Position numbers and translations under genes: made by a program
Source: a virus
Direction: 5' to 3' (one strand)
IMG/VR virus record: IMGVR_UViG_3300021138_002011
Coordinates: 1-64,000 of that record
DNA length: 64,000 nt
Notes under the pieces: generated by a model
What the model saw: the letters and a program-made list of their open reading frames with translations, nothing else
Database searches by the model: none
Told to the model about the DNA's origin: nothing
In this document: positions 37,626-46,168 of the stretch, piece by piece
Position numbering within the stretch: the first letter of the stretch is position 1
Layout of the letters: each line of letters opens with the position of its first letter

Positions 37626-38147
37626 TTATGATAAATTATGCGCTATTAATAAATGAATTTCAGAATCTAGATATTTGGTAGGAATTTTTTCAATAATACC
37701 AGAAGAAATATTTAACACTGAAAATAAATGGTTTTCAGAAATTATACATGTTTGATTGATTATACCATTCGTAAATGATACAGATTTATTAAACTTTTCA
37801 TCATCAAAGTCATCTACCCTTACAATTTCAAAAAACGAAGATTCCATGTTAATGATAGATGAGAGTAATTTATGTTGAGTTTTAACAATATCTTTGGCTT
37901 TCACCACTTCATACATATTGTTTTCAACATTGAAAACAGGCATTTTGTGATCTGTGCTTATTTTTATAACTTTACCAGTTGATGTTGTTATCGACACACC
38001 ATCAGTAATTTTTGCCTGCTTGTTACATATTGGTTTGATCGCGCCTGTGTGCGTTAAAACAAGATCTCCAAGATTTACGTCTTTTACTTTTTTATTGATA
38101 AATTCACCATCTTCGAAAATTGCGATTTGTGTGTCTTCAGCTATGCA
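37626..38147 (-). mobile_element. split intein N-fragment (topoisomerase), 173 aa
   Basis: CIAEDTQI (block A), LGDLVLT, STDH (block B) plus a second block-B-like SENH. Confidence 0.88.
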
Positions 38148-39443
38148 GTCGCCTTCACAGATTAGAAGAATGCACTTGCTGCGATCCTTGCCGTTTGCAT
38201 CCAGCAGCTTTGGAACCTTATTTCTCATAAGTTTGCGATTGGCTTTGGCTATATCCGCATCGTCGCGTTTTTGGGTACGAGCTGCACAACGTTTGTATAT
38301 TGCGTCAACCCATGTCTTGTGTGTGCGAAGTATGCTCTTAAATGTAATTTCGTTTTCAAGGCTTGTTTTGATGTAGCGATCAACTTCGTCGTTGATCAAC
38401 CGAGTTTTGCTTTGGCTATCAAAGTTAGGCGCATGCATTGTGGTTGTATTATAAATTAATAATCCGTCGGCAATGTCGCTGCGATTGGGGGCTAACCCTC
38501 TGCGCTTGCTTTCTCGTTCCATAGCTTTAAGCATGCCGCTAAAGAATAATCTTTTAAACGTGTCAATGTGTTGACCTCCGTTAAAAGCTGGGATGTCATT
38601 TACAGTACTGTGTACAAACTCGCCTTCGATTCCAAATTCAGGAACCAAATAATATGTGCTGGCAAACTTATCTTCGTTAATGCTGATAATTACAGGATCA
38701 CTATCGGCAAACATGGTTTTGTCAATGCTTTTACCTACAGTGACCTTTTCGCCGTTGAATGTAAATCGAATTTTAGGATGGTTGGCGGCTACCTCAAATA
38801 TACGAGATTTGACAAAAGATAAAGGAATCTTTGCGTTTGGAAATACAGTTGGGCTAAGTGAAAAATTGATTTCTGTACCGGATTTCATTGCGCTGGAAAA
38901 AATGCGTGGTTCACTGATATCCAAATCGGGCATCAGTTCAGACCCTTCTTTAAAGGTCTGTTGAAATCGTTTGCCAGCTCTCTTGATATCAATGACGAAT
39001 TCTTTTGAGCAACTTACTACAACTGATGCTCCAATACCATTTGTTCCGCGTACTTCTTCCCTCTCACCAAAATTGCGACCAGCACGAGCTTGGGTAAGTG
39101 CCATAGTTGCTTTGTGCATTTTTTCATTTTCGTCCCAGTCAATTGGAATGCCTCGGCCATCGTCGGCAACACTAAAGGTTAATGTTTTTGGATCGTATGT
39201 TACATCAATTTTACTACCATGTCCGTGGCCTACAACTTCGTCAAGACTGTTATCAAATATTTCTCTAAAAGCACAGTATGCAGCAGGCGTCCATGCAACG
39301 TTTTCGGCTACTAGTTTCTTTCCGTCCCAATTAATTACAGTCTGTGTATGTAAATTACGGCTGCCAAGATACATTTCGGTACGCAGGCGATGATGCTGGG
39401 TATCGGTTAGTTTGACAATTTCTTCGCTTGATTTTTTAGCCAT
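37626..39443 (-). CDS. topoisomerase large subunit N-fragment (GHKL ATPase) followed by IntN
   Basis: EIFDNSLDE, DDGRGIP, GTNGIG, FDSQSK, LICEGD|C. Confidence 0.93.
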   Translation of the reverse strand: MAKKSSEEIVKLTDTQHHRLRTEMYLGSRNLHTQTVINWDGKKLVAENVAWTPAAYCAFREIFDNSLDEVVGHGHGSKIDVTYDPKTLTFSVADDGRGIPIDWDENEKMHKATMALTQARAGRNFGEREEVRGTNGIGASVVVSCSKEFVIDIKRAGKRFQQTFKEGSELMPDLDISEPRIFSSAMKSGTEINFSLSPTVFPNAKIPLSFVKSRIFEVAANHPKIRFTFNGEKVTVGKSIDKTMFADSDPVIISINEDKFASTYYLVPEFGIEGEFVHSTVNDIPAFNGGQHIDTFKRLFFSGMLKAMERESKRRGLAPNRSDIADGLLIYNTTTMHAPNFDSQSKTRLINDEVDRYIKTSLENEITFKSILRTHKTWVDAIYKRCAARTQKRDDADIAKANRKLMRNKVPKLLDANGKDRSKCILLICEGDCIAEDTQIAIFEDGEFINKKVKDVNLGDLVLTHTGAIKPICNKQAKITDGVSITTSTGKVIKISTDHKMPVFNVENNMYEVVKAKDIVKTQHKLLSSIINMESSFFEIVRVDDFDDEKFNKSVSFTNGIINQTCIISENHLFSVLNISSGIIEKIPTKYLDSEIHLLIAHNLS

Positions 39444-39508
39444 TATAATTCCTGATTGTATAACATAATGATAAGCATACGTGAATACGCGGCGATGTCA
39501 ACCTTGAC

Positions 39509-39541
39509 AAAAAAACGGAAGATGTTGCCACCTTCCGTTTT
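39509..39541 (-). terminator. intrinsic terminator
   Basis: AAAACGGAAG/CTTCCGTTTT stem with a U-run on the minus strand. Confidence 0.7.
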
Positions 39542-39691
39542 ATTAGTATTTTGCAATTAATTGTTAGCACATTAATTTGATTATTCCAGTAATTCTAGCA
39601 CACAAGGTGGTGATACTGGAGTAGTTAGATAACAGTTTTCATTTATAGACAAGTTATTTATCAGTATTGATTTTTATTTGTACGATATTAC

Positions 39692-39719
39692 GAAGATGAG
39701 AGCATATGCTCTCATCTTC
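39692..39719. repeat. perfect 28-bp palindrome after an ORF stop
   Basis: GAAGATGAGAGCATATGCTCTCATCTTC. Confidence 0.7.
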
Positions 39720-39722
39720 TAT

Positions 39723-39962
39723 TTATGCTCTTTTACTCACAAATTCGTTCAGTTTACTAGCAAGTTCCGTAATGTCAACACTCGAAGGAACAGCCGGCAG
39801 TGCAGGATATTCTATAACTTCTTGGTTGTATTCCTGAGTCATGGCAATGTCACGTGTCTGGAAGTAGACAAGTTCCAGTGCTTGACGTTGGCAATTCCAA
39901 TCTTCCATAAGGATATCTTTAGCCATCTTCAGTAGTTCTAGTCTAATTTCATACGCGTCCAT
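39723..39962 (-). CDS. conserved phage hypothetical protein
   Basis: YEIRLELLKMAK...YP...A..LNEFVS; AAGGAGA RBS. Confidence 0.7.
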   Translation of the reverse strand: MDAYEIRLELLKMAKDILMEDWNCQRQALELVYFQTRDIAMTQEYNQEVIEYPALPAVPSSVDITELASKLNEFVSKRA

Positions 39963-39992
39963 TTTTAGTCTCCTTGTGTGTGTGTAGTGTTA

Positions 39993-40335
39993 AATGGACC
40001 CGTTATTTAACAGGGTGGAGCCCATACCCTGGACGCTAAACCTCAGGCAGCAATTTTCATTGCTTCAACAGGTGTATTGTCGTTAGCTGCGTGAAATACG
40101 TCAACTATGTTTTTTGAACTAATTATGGGTCGTATCTTACCCAACACCTACTTCAACCCTTACTGCTATCAGTCTATCCTATTTCACCCCCACAAGTAAG
40201 CCTACCCATCTCAACCTGTCTTTGCAGTACAGGGTGCCGATTGGTTACGGCTGAGAGTAGGCTTACTGGTGGAGGTGCGGTGGTGCTGCCCCTCCGGTCC
40301 TGCCTAACTTATTTAATTGCTATCAACAGTGTCAA
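39993..40335 (-). ncRNA. ssrA: circularly permuted two-piece tmRNA (alphaproteobacterial type)
   Basis: Acceptor piece ending CACCTCCACCA (40267), 75-nt hairpin spacer, coding piece from GGGGGTGAAATAGGATAGAC (40191); G3.U70 pair; tag ANDNTPVEAMKIAA-stop (40043-40087); 3' pseudoknot. Outer ends approximate. Confidence 0.92.
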
Positions 40336-40338
40336 CCG

Positions 40339-40346
40339 TATTTATA
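40339..40346 (-). promoter_or_regulatory. late promoter for tmRNA
   Basis: TATAAATA directly upstream of the acceptor piece. Confidence 0.7.
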
Positions 40347-40365
40347 AACTATGAAACAGGCAATG

Positions 40366-40563
40366 TCAAGCATATGTTGATGTAGGTTTGCTGTGACTAC
40401 TGTGTTTTAATCCATCGTTGTGATCAAAAATTTTGAAATTATCGCAATCGTATGCATTAGCAAACTCTAATGCATCTTCAAATGTAGTGAATATATGATC
40501 GATGTATTTTAATGCACCGTTTAACCAACGATGTGTTCGAACTCTGTGAAACTCGTCTGCCAT
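40366..40563 (-). CDS. hypothetical protein
   Basis: AAGGAG RBS; F.TFEDALEFA motif. Confidence 0.6.
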   Translation of the reverse strand: MADEFHRVRTHRWLNGALKYIDHIFTTFEDALEFANAYDCDNFKIFDHNDGLKHSSHSKPTSTYA

Positions 40564-40631
40564 GATGTTAGCTCCTTATAACCTATTTATTTTTCGCGTG
40601 TAAGACCAACACAGCTTGCTGCGTGGGTAAT

Positions 40632-41681
40632 TCACTTAAAATAATCTAACCAGTACTTACGAGTAGTACTAGTGTAAGATGTTAGCATCAGTTGATTTAT
40701 TTTTACATTTAGCTGCGGAAAATGCCAAGTTCTGCGTAGCTTTTTGCACATATCGTCACTGCTAACTGGATCGGCACAAAACCATTCCATAGCCCATGGT
40801 ATTTCTTTACTGCCAACAATAGGTACACCTTGACTAATGTGGTCAGCTCCTACTATGTTAAATGTTTCGGTAAAACTTACCTGCATTGCAATATCAATAG
40901 TGGAACATGTTGTGAGAAATTCTTCTCTCGGACTCCATTCATGATTTATCAGTTCATGACCTTTGTCTGCCATATGTTGAAACAAACCTGTAAGATTGTT
41001 CAGCACCGGCTCGCCTTTCATTTCTATTCGGCCAGAATTTACATGGAAACGTAATTTTCTTCCTATAGAGTTGGCAAATTTAATAGCTGCAAGTGCTTGT
41101 AATAAATGATTCTTAAGAGGTCTAATGGCACCGAAACAGGAAACATTAATTACTTCACTTGAAGGATCGAACTTTTTTGTTTTGTATTCTTGAGGATAGA
41201 AGTTTGGCATATAGATTATGCGCTTATTTGCTTCAGTATCTGACCAATTGTGCATATGCTGTAGATAAAACCGTGTTTCATCCATCATTCTTGGCGCATT
41301 AACTCCAAATACAATGTTAGGAAACCTAGCGTAATCACCGATCCAGTCCATTGCAATACCTTCGCTAGCAATAAATGGCATTTCACTGTGTAGACGTATA
41401 ATCCATGTAACAGTCGGGTGTAATCTACTTAAAACATCAAATTTTGTTGGTACTACCCATAGTGCTTCAATTATAACATGCGTAGGCTTGAAGGCAGTAA
41501 CTTCGCGATCAATGCAGTTGTTATCAATAGCTACTACGAGCTTACTTTCAACTCCGGCATCTTGCAGCATTTGATACATAAAACTAGCACTGTTATAAAG
41601 GCCTGTACTTAATCCTATTTTGTTGTGTATGGTTTGATTGTAATCTGGTCTACGCTTTAAAATGAATAGAACTCTTGACAT
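40632..41681 (-). CDS. GT-B (GT4-like) glycosyltransferase
   Basis: FGAIRPLKN, SFTETFNIVGAD...GVPIV. Confidence 0.8.
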   Translation of the reverse strand: MSRVLFILKRRPDYNQTIHNKIGLSTGLYNSASFMYQMLQDAGVESKLVVAIDNNCIDREVTAFKPTHVIIEALWVVPTKFDVLSRLHPTVTWIIRLHSEMPFIASEGIAMDWIGDYARFPNIVFGVNAPRMMDETRFYLQHMHNWSDTEANKRIIYMPNFYPQEYKTKKFDPSSEVINVSCFGAIRPLKNHLLQALAAIKFANSIGRKLRFHVNSGRIEMKGEPVLNNLTGLFQHMADKGHELINHEWSPREEFLTTCSTIDIAMQVSFTETFNIVGADHISQGVPIVGSKEIPWAMEWFCADPVSSDDMCKKLRRTWHFPQLNVKINQLMLTSYTSTTRKYWLDYFK

Positions 41682-41760
41682 GGTAATCCTTGAGGAATAA
41701 TATGCGTATTTAATTCAATAAACTGAGTGAGAATTACTAATTATTTGTTACATTCAAATA

Positions 41761-42666
41761 TTAATGACACGTTGTCTGAGCAATGTTCATGGAAAGGTAT
41801 TGCCATACAAATGTTGCAGCAGCAAGCGATGTAATTTGAGATTGGTCATACGCCGGATTCACTTCTACACAGTCCATACCGATCCAGTTGATATGCTGTA
41901 ATTCGTCTATTAATTCACTTAGCCACATTGTCGATAGCCCACCGATTTCCGGAGTGCCTGTGCCCGGTGCATACGCAGGATCCAGACAATCTATGTCAAG
42001 GCTAAGATATGTCGGAAGATTACCTACTTTTGTTTTAATAATAGAGGCCATTGCACTAGGACCATATTTAACTGCTTGTCTTGCCGATATGGTAGTACCG
42101 CCATTAACCTCTAAAAAATTTCTAGCAGCAGCGTCAGCAGGACTGCGTATACCAACGCTAATTACATGCGATGCGTCTACAACGTTCTCGTCTATTGCAT
42201 CAAACAGCCATGTACCATGCCCGTGCAATTCATCAAAATGATTTGGCCAGGTGTCGCAATGTGCATCAAAATGCACAACCGCTATTTGTTTATGCTTGCT
42301 AGCATGTGCCCGCAATATTCCTGTTGTGATGCTGTGATCGCCTCCTAATGTGACAATATTTGCATCACTATAACGTCTAACAGTTGATTCTACCATTTGC
42401 AACATTGCGGACGTATTTCCACTGGGCAATGGCATGTCACCAGCATCACCTACATGTTGTTGTATATCAACTGGATACAGCGGATGAACTCCGTCTGTGA
42501 GCATCATGCTTGCATCTCTAATGGCATTTGGAGCCATTCTAGCGCCGCTGCGAAATGTTGTAGCACAATCCACAGGAGCACCTAGAATTAAAAATGAATG
42601 ATTAGCATAATTTGGTATACCGCAAAAATTACGTGTAAAGGCGTACTGATACGGAAGATGGCTCAC
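41761..42666 (-). CDS. speB: agmatinase (ureohydrolase family)
   Basis: GAR.AP, GGDHS, DAHCD, HGT, DIDCLDP..APGTGTPE.GG. Confidence 0.9.
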   Translation of the reverse strand: MSHLPYQYAFTRNFCGIPNYANHSFLILGAPVDCATTFRSGARMAPNAIRDASMMLTDGVHPLYPVDIQQHVGDAGDMPLPSGNTSAMLQMVESTVRRYSDANIVTLGGDHSITTGILRAHASKHKQIAVVHFDAHCDTWPNHFDELHGHGTWLFDAIDENVVDASHVISVGIRSPADAAARNFLEVNGGTTISARQAVKYGPSAMASIIKTKVGNLPTYLSLDIDCLDPAYAPGTGTPEIGGLSTMWLSELIDELQHINWIGMDCVEVNPAYDQSQITSLAAATFVWQYLSMNIAQTTCH

Positions 42667-42998
42667 AATATCAAACCTGCTCCTGTGCTAGGCATTGCCA
42701 GCCCTGTTGTTTGAGATATGTAGCTACTAGCAGCGTCCGTGTTTGATTTGGTAACAACTATAACGTGAGACCGATTGATAGCATACTTTGATGAAGGATC
42801 GCTACCCATCATCCAAAATGGTGCCATTTGTACTCCTGGCTGGCCAGTGCGCGGATCTTGACTGAGTACCATTAGCAATGGTTTTGTTACAGTAATTTTG
42901 CTTTCGGTTATTTCAGCTAACTTGGCAATTATTTCGTCACCGTTGCTTAACTTAATTGACACGATGTCGTTTTCAGTGATTGGCTTGTCTATTAACAT
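42663..42998 (-). CDS. Sm-like fold phage protein
   Basis: IVSIKLSNGDEIIAK...KP...Y...TTG. Confidence 0.6.
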   Translation of the reverse strand: MLIDKPITENDIVSIKLSNGDEIIAKLAEITESKITVTKPLLMVLSQDPRTGQPGVQMAPFWMMGSDPSSKYAINRSHVIVVTKSNTDAASSYISQTTGLAMPSTGAGLIL

Positions 42999-43050
42999 TG
43001 TTGTTCTCCTGCTTTGAACAGCTTACTAGATGACTAAATCGGTTGCAATA

Positions 43051-43932
43051 TCAGTCAGATATCGATGGTAACGGACGGCCGGTGTCTGGCCATGCACGGC
43101 CTACATATAGAAACGAGGTAAGTTGATACCCACTAATCTTTACATCTCCTGGCGTGTCACCTTGATTGCCACCAAGACACCGATACCAGCCGCCGTGCGG
43201 TGCGCCGTAGATAAATGTCACATGTGTTCCCGAACTTGTATTTCCGATAGAGCTAACAACTGCAACATCGCCTTGTCGCCATAAATTTGGTTGCCGCAGA
43301 TCGATAGCTTGACCATATCGTGTGTAGTCTGCTGCAGAAGCTGTAACAAATCCGCTTTTAGCACCAACAAGATATTGCAACCCGCTTATTTTTAGCATCC
43401 ACCCCATAAATGCTGCACACCAGTAACTGTGACCTCTAGGAAAAACGCTACCAGAACTTATACCTACTGTAGCTAACATACTCTGTATATTCGTGTTGCT
43501 TGCACCGCCGGCCCAGTCGCCGCGCTTGCCTTCTTGTAGTACTTTGGCAAGGTTGCCAATAAATGCTTGATAGCCGCCTTGGCCTACAGCCGCTGCATCT
43601 GTTACTCCAGTAATTTGGCCAGACATCTGCCCAGGTGCAGAATCTGGGCTAGGGGCAGTTCCTTCAGAGCTAGCACCAGGAGTTCCTGGTGGTACTGATA
43701 TTACGTTGCCAGCTGCATCTGTAATATACCACTCGGTATTTTGTGCAGAGGTGGCAGCTGAAATTTGCTCTTGTGTGAGACTGTATTGAGGCGACGGTAT
43801 AGCCGGAAGCGAGTGTAACGCCGATGGTTGCGGAAGTGCAGGCTGCCATAATGCAGCCTGCACTTGATTTATATAAACATTTGGACTATACCAAACATCG
43901 GATCCTTGATACGATGGGGGGTTAAGTGGCAC
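43051..43932 (-). CDS. CHAP/TIGR02594-like peptidoglycan hydrolase (possibly tail-associated)
   Basis: YWCAAF, GDVAV, HVTF, LGGNQ. Confidence 0.8.
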   Translation of the reverse strand: MPLNPPSYQGSDVWYSPNVYINQVQAALWQPALPQPSALHSLPAIPSPQYSLTQEQISAATSAQNTEWYITDAAGNVISVPPGTPGASSEGTAPSPDSAPGQMSGQITGVTDAAAVGQGGYQAFIGNLAKVLQEGKRGDWAGGASNTNIQSMLATVGISSGSVFPRGHSYWCAAFMGWMLKISGLQYLVGAKSGFVTASAADYTRYGQAIDLRQPNLWRQGDVAVVSSIGNTSSGTHVTFIYGAPHGGWYRCLGGNQGDTPGDVKISGYQLTSFLYVGRAWPDTGRPLPSISD

Positions 43933-44065
43933 TTTATATCTCCTTTAAATTCAGTGGATTGAGATTATCACGTGTCCATCTATTACTACGCTTATAATGA
44001 TCGATTAACTTAATTACACAATCCTGTTCTACCCAAGGTTTATCAAAACTTATTATATTTATGGG

Positions 44066-44329
44066 TTACTTTGCCGCGAAATGTGCCGCCAGCTCCGTAT
44101 AACCACCAATATGCTTTCCGTCCAACCAGATCTGCGGAACCGTTTTAGCAGTCGGATACTTTTCCAATAGGTCAGCTTTTGTCACATATTGCTGGTTGGC
44201 AGCAGCCTGCTTTTCTCCTAGACCTGTGCTGACGATGTATTCACGATAGGGAATACCTTTTTCAGTTAGCAACGCTTTTGCCTTGACACAGTAAGGACAG
44301 TCCAATTTAGAGTAGATTTCTGCTTGCAT
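44066..44329 (-). CDS. glutaredoxin
   Basis: CPYC, TVPQI, IGGY. Confidence 0.93.
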   Translation of the reverse strand: MQAEIYSKLDCPYCVKAKALLTEKGIPYREYIVSTGLGEKQAAANQQYVTKADLLEKYPTAKTVPQIWLDGKHIGGYTELAAHFAAK

Positions 44330-44339
44330 TTTTGCTCCT

Positions 44340-45029
44340 TTATCTATCGATGTGCTTGGTTTGTATCAACCTTCCGTCAATGGTTTTGGCAATCCAAACA
44401 CTGTTAGGTGGTGGAACTGCGCCTGCATGTTCGTAATGCCACGCCCATTGAGAATGGTAGTTCACGGTTGGTGTTTTTATATGTAATCGAGATACGCTTG
44501 GAATAGCAATCGATGCCCAAAAATGCCTGTCGCTCCACAGCCTATGTTCCGGTGCTGTTATCCAATTGGTCAACTGATGGAGGATTGATTTCGTGATGAA
44601 CAGACAATTTGTGTCACAAAACGTGCTACCGTCGCTTTCAAAATCATCCACGTACAAAAATCGTCCTGCTGTGGTGCAAATATTGCGGGTGGCCGTAACA
44701 ACATCGTGCGTCCCAATGGCTGCTGCCATTGTTTCAAGATGATTTGCAAGATAGGTGTTATCGGCATCCAAGAATGCTACTGCATCAAAATTCCTGCTGA
44801 ACGCGGATATTGCCGCCAGCGCCCTAGGTGTTGCTCCAGCGTCATCATGACACCTTGGCAGCACCATGTGTTCGACATCGGGCAATGTTCTAACCATAGG
44901 ATGCGGCTCGCCGTCGGCTATCATCATATGCACATGATTCTTGTAGGTTTGACCCTGTACAGAGTTGTGACACCTTTTCAGGGTATCGGCGCTTTCTCTA
45001 TGGTATGGTGTGATAACTGCTATTTTCAT
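44340..45029 (-). CDS. GT2 glycosyltransferase
   Basis: VITP, SV.GQT, IADG, FLDADN, DTNC, SDR. Confidence 0.85.
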   Translation of the reverse strand: MKIAVITPYHRESADTLKRCHNSVQGQTYKNHVHMMIADGEPHPMVRTLPDVEHMVLPRCHDDAGATPRALAAISAFSRNFDAVAFLDADNTYLANHLETMAAAIGTHDVVTATRNICTTAGRFLYVDDFESDGSTFCDTNCLFITKSILHQLTNWITAPEHRLWSDRHFWASIAIPSVSRLHIKTPTVNYHSQWAWHYEHAGAVPPPNSVWIAKTIDGRLIQTKHIDR

Positions 45030-46129
45030 CAGATCTGTGGTAGCTCGGAATAATCTATTACCTCCGACATAATTCCTATTACATAGTTAGTGCTTTCGGT
45101 TTCCTGGAGAGCTGATTGCTTGTTGCTGGTGTTGCTGTGCTTATTGAACCAAGGTATTGGTGTGGTCTTTGGAGCAGGCAATGTGTACTTTATACCGATT
45201 TCCTTTAGTGCAGCAGCAGCAGTAAAATCCATAAAGTCCTTGAGTATTTGAGAATTAAGTCCGATTACAGGACCAAATTTGAACAAATAATCTGCCCAGT
45301 CTTTTTCTTCTTGTATAACATCCATGTAGATTTGATAAACTTCGGCTGTGCATTCTTGTTTGATTTCTGCAAAACGCGAGTCATCTTTTGCACACTGATT
45401 AATGAGGTATGCAGTCCAGTCTCTATGCAACAGCTCGTCTTGCAAAATAAGACTGATGATGTTACCGTTGCCAATGAAAATTTTGTTCTCTACCATTGCA
45501 AGACTGGTTGCAAACGATACCATAAATCGCAGTGCTTCGAGTGCATAGCTAGTATGTAATGCTAACCATATCGACTTAACATGGTCCTTTTCATCAACGT
45601 CAACGCCAAGTTCTTTTTTGCAATTAATGACGTGCAGGTCGTCGTAGTATTTGCCAATCTGTGCAGCCATTTCAATGATTGGTGCTGTCTCGTGAATTTT
45701 ATTAAATTCATCCTTTGGTACATTATAGATGTTTCTAATGATATGACTATAGCTTTTTGAATGTAGATTTGTTTCAAAGAAGCTCCAGTTGCTAACCAAC
45801 GACTCAAGTTCTGGAATTGAAATAACAGGACTAAATATCTGTGCCGGTGCACGACCTTGCAAACTGTCTAATGCTGTTTGTCGAAGTAGATTGCTGGTAA
45901 AAATATGTCTAACAGTTTCGCTGGCATTTTTGAAATCGCCAGCGTCTTTGGTTAGGCTGATTTCTTCAGGAATCCAAAAAAATCCTCTTGCGTTCTCTTC
46001 GAACCTGGCTATCTTTGGATATCTAAATTCTTCAAATCGTTGAACTGTAACTGGCCCGGCAGGATCTAAAAACATTTTACGGGCGAGATAGTCTGTTTTT
46101 TTAGATAAATCGTATTGTGCGATCGCCAT
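45029..46129 (-). CDS. nrdB: class Ia ribonucleotide reductase beta subunit
   Basis: FWIPEE, QTALDSLQGR, ETNLHSKSY, LEALRFMVSF, DELLH. Confidence 0.95.
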   Translation of the reverse strand: MAIAQYDLSKKTDYLARKMFLDPAGPVTVQRFEEFRYPKIARFEENARGFFWIPEEISLTKDAGDFKNASETVRHIFTSNLLRQTALDSLQGRAPAQIFSPVISIPELESLVSNWSFFETNLHSKSYSHIIRNIYNVPKDEFNKIHETAPIIEMAAQIGKYYDDLHVINCKKELGVDVDEKDHVKSIWLALHTSYALEALRFMVSFATSLAMVENKIFIGNGNIISLILQDELLHRDWTAYLINQCAKDDSRFAEIKQECTAEVYQIYMDVIQEEKDWADYLFKFGPVIGLNSQILKDFMDFTAAAALKEIGIKYTLPAPKTTPIPWFNKHSNTSNKQSALQETESTNYVIGIMSEVIDYSELPQI

Positions 46130-46168
46130 GATTATATCTCTTTCTTAACTGTTATTTTGTTATTATTA

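Noticed and set aside
35547-39443. T4 gene 60-like ribosomal bypass
   Set aside because: The gap is over 1.3 kb, contains a gene, and the junctions are intein motifs
40172-40180. GGATAGAC shared between the tmRNA 5' region and the NAD leaders
   Set aside because: Short match corresponding to the conserved tmRNA GGAUxGAC; no second hairpin; probably coincidence
40187-40300. tRNA-Ala gene
   Set aside because: The CCA end precedes the 5' strand and there is no anticodon arm; it is the permuted tmRNA
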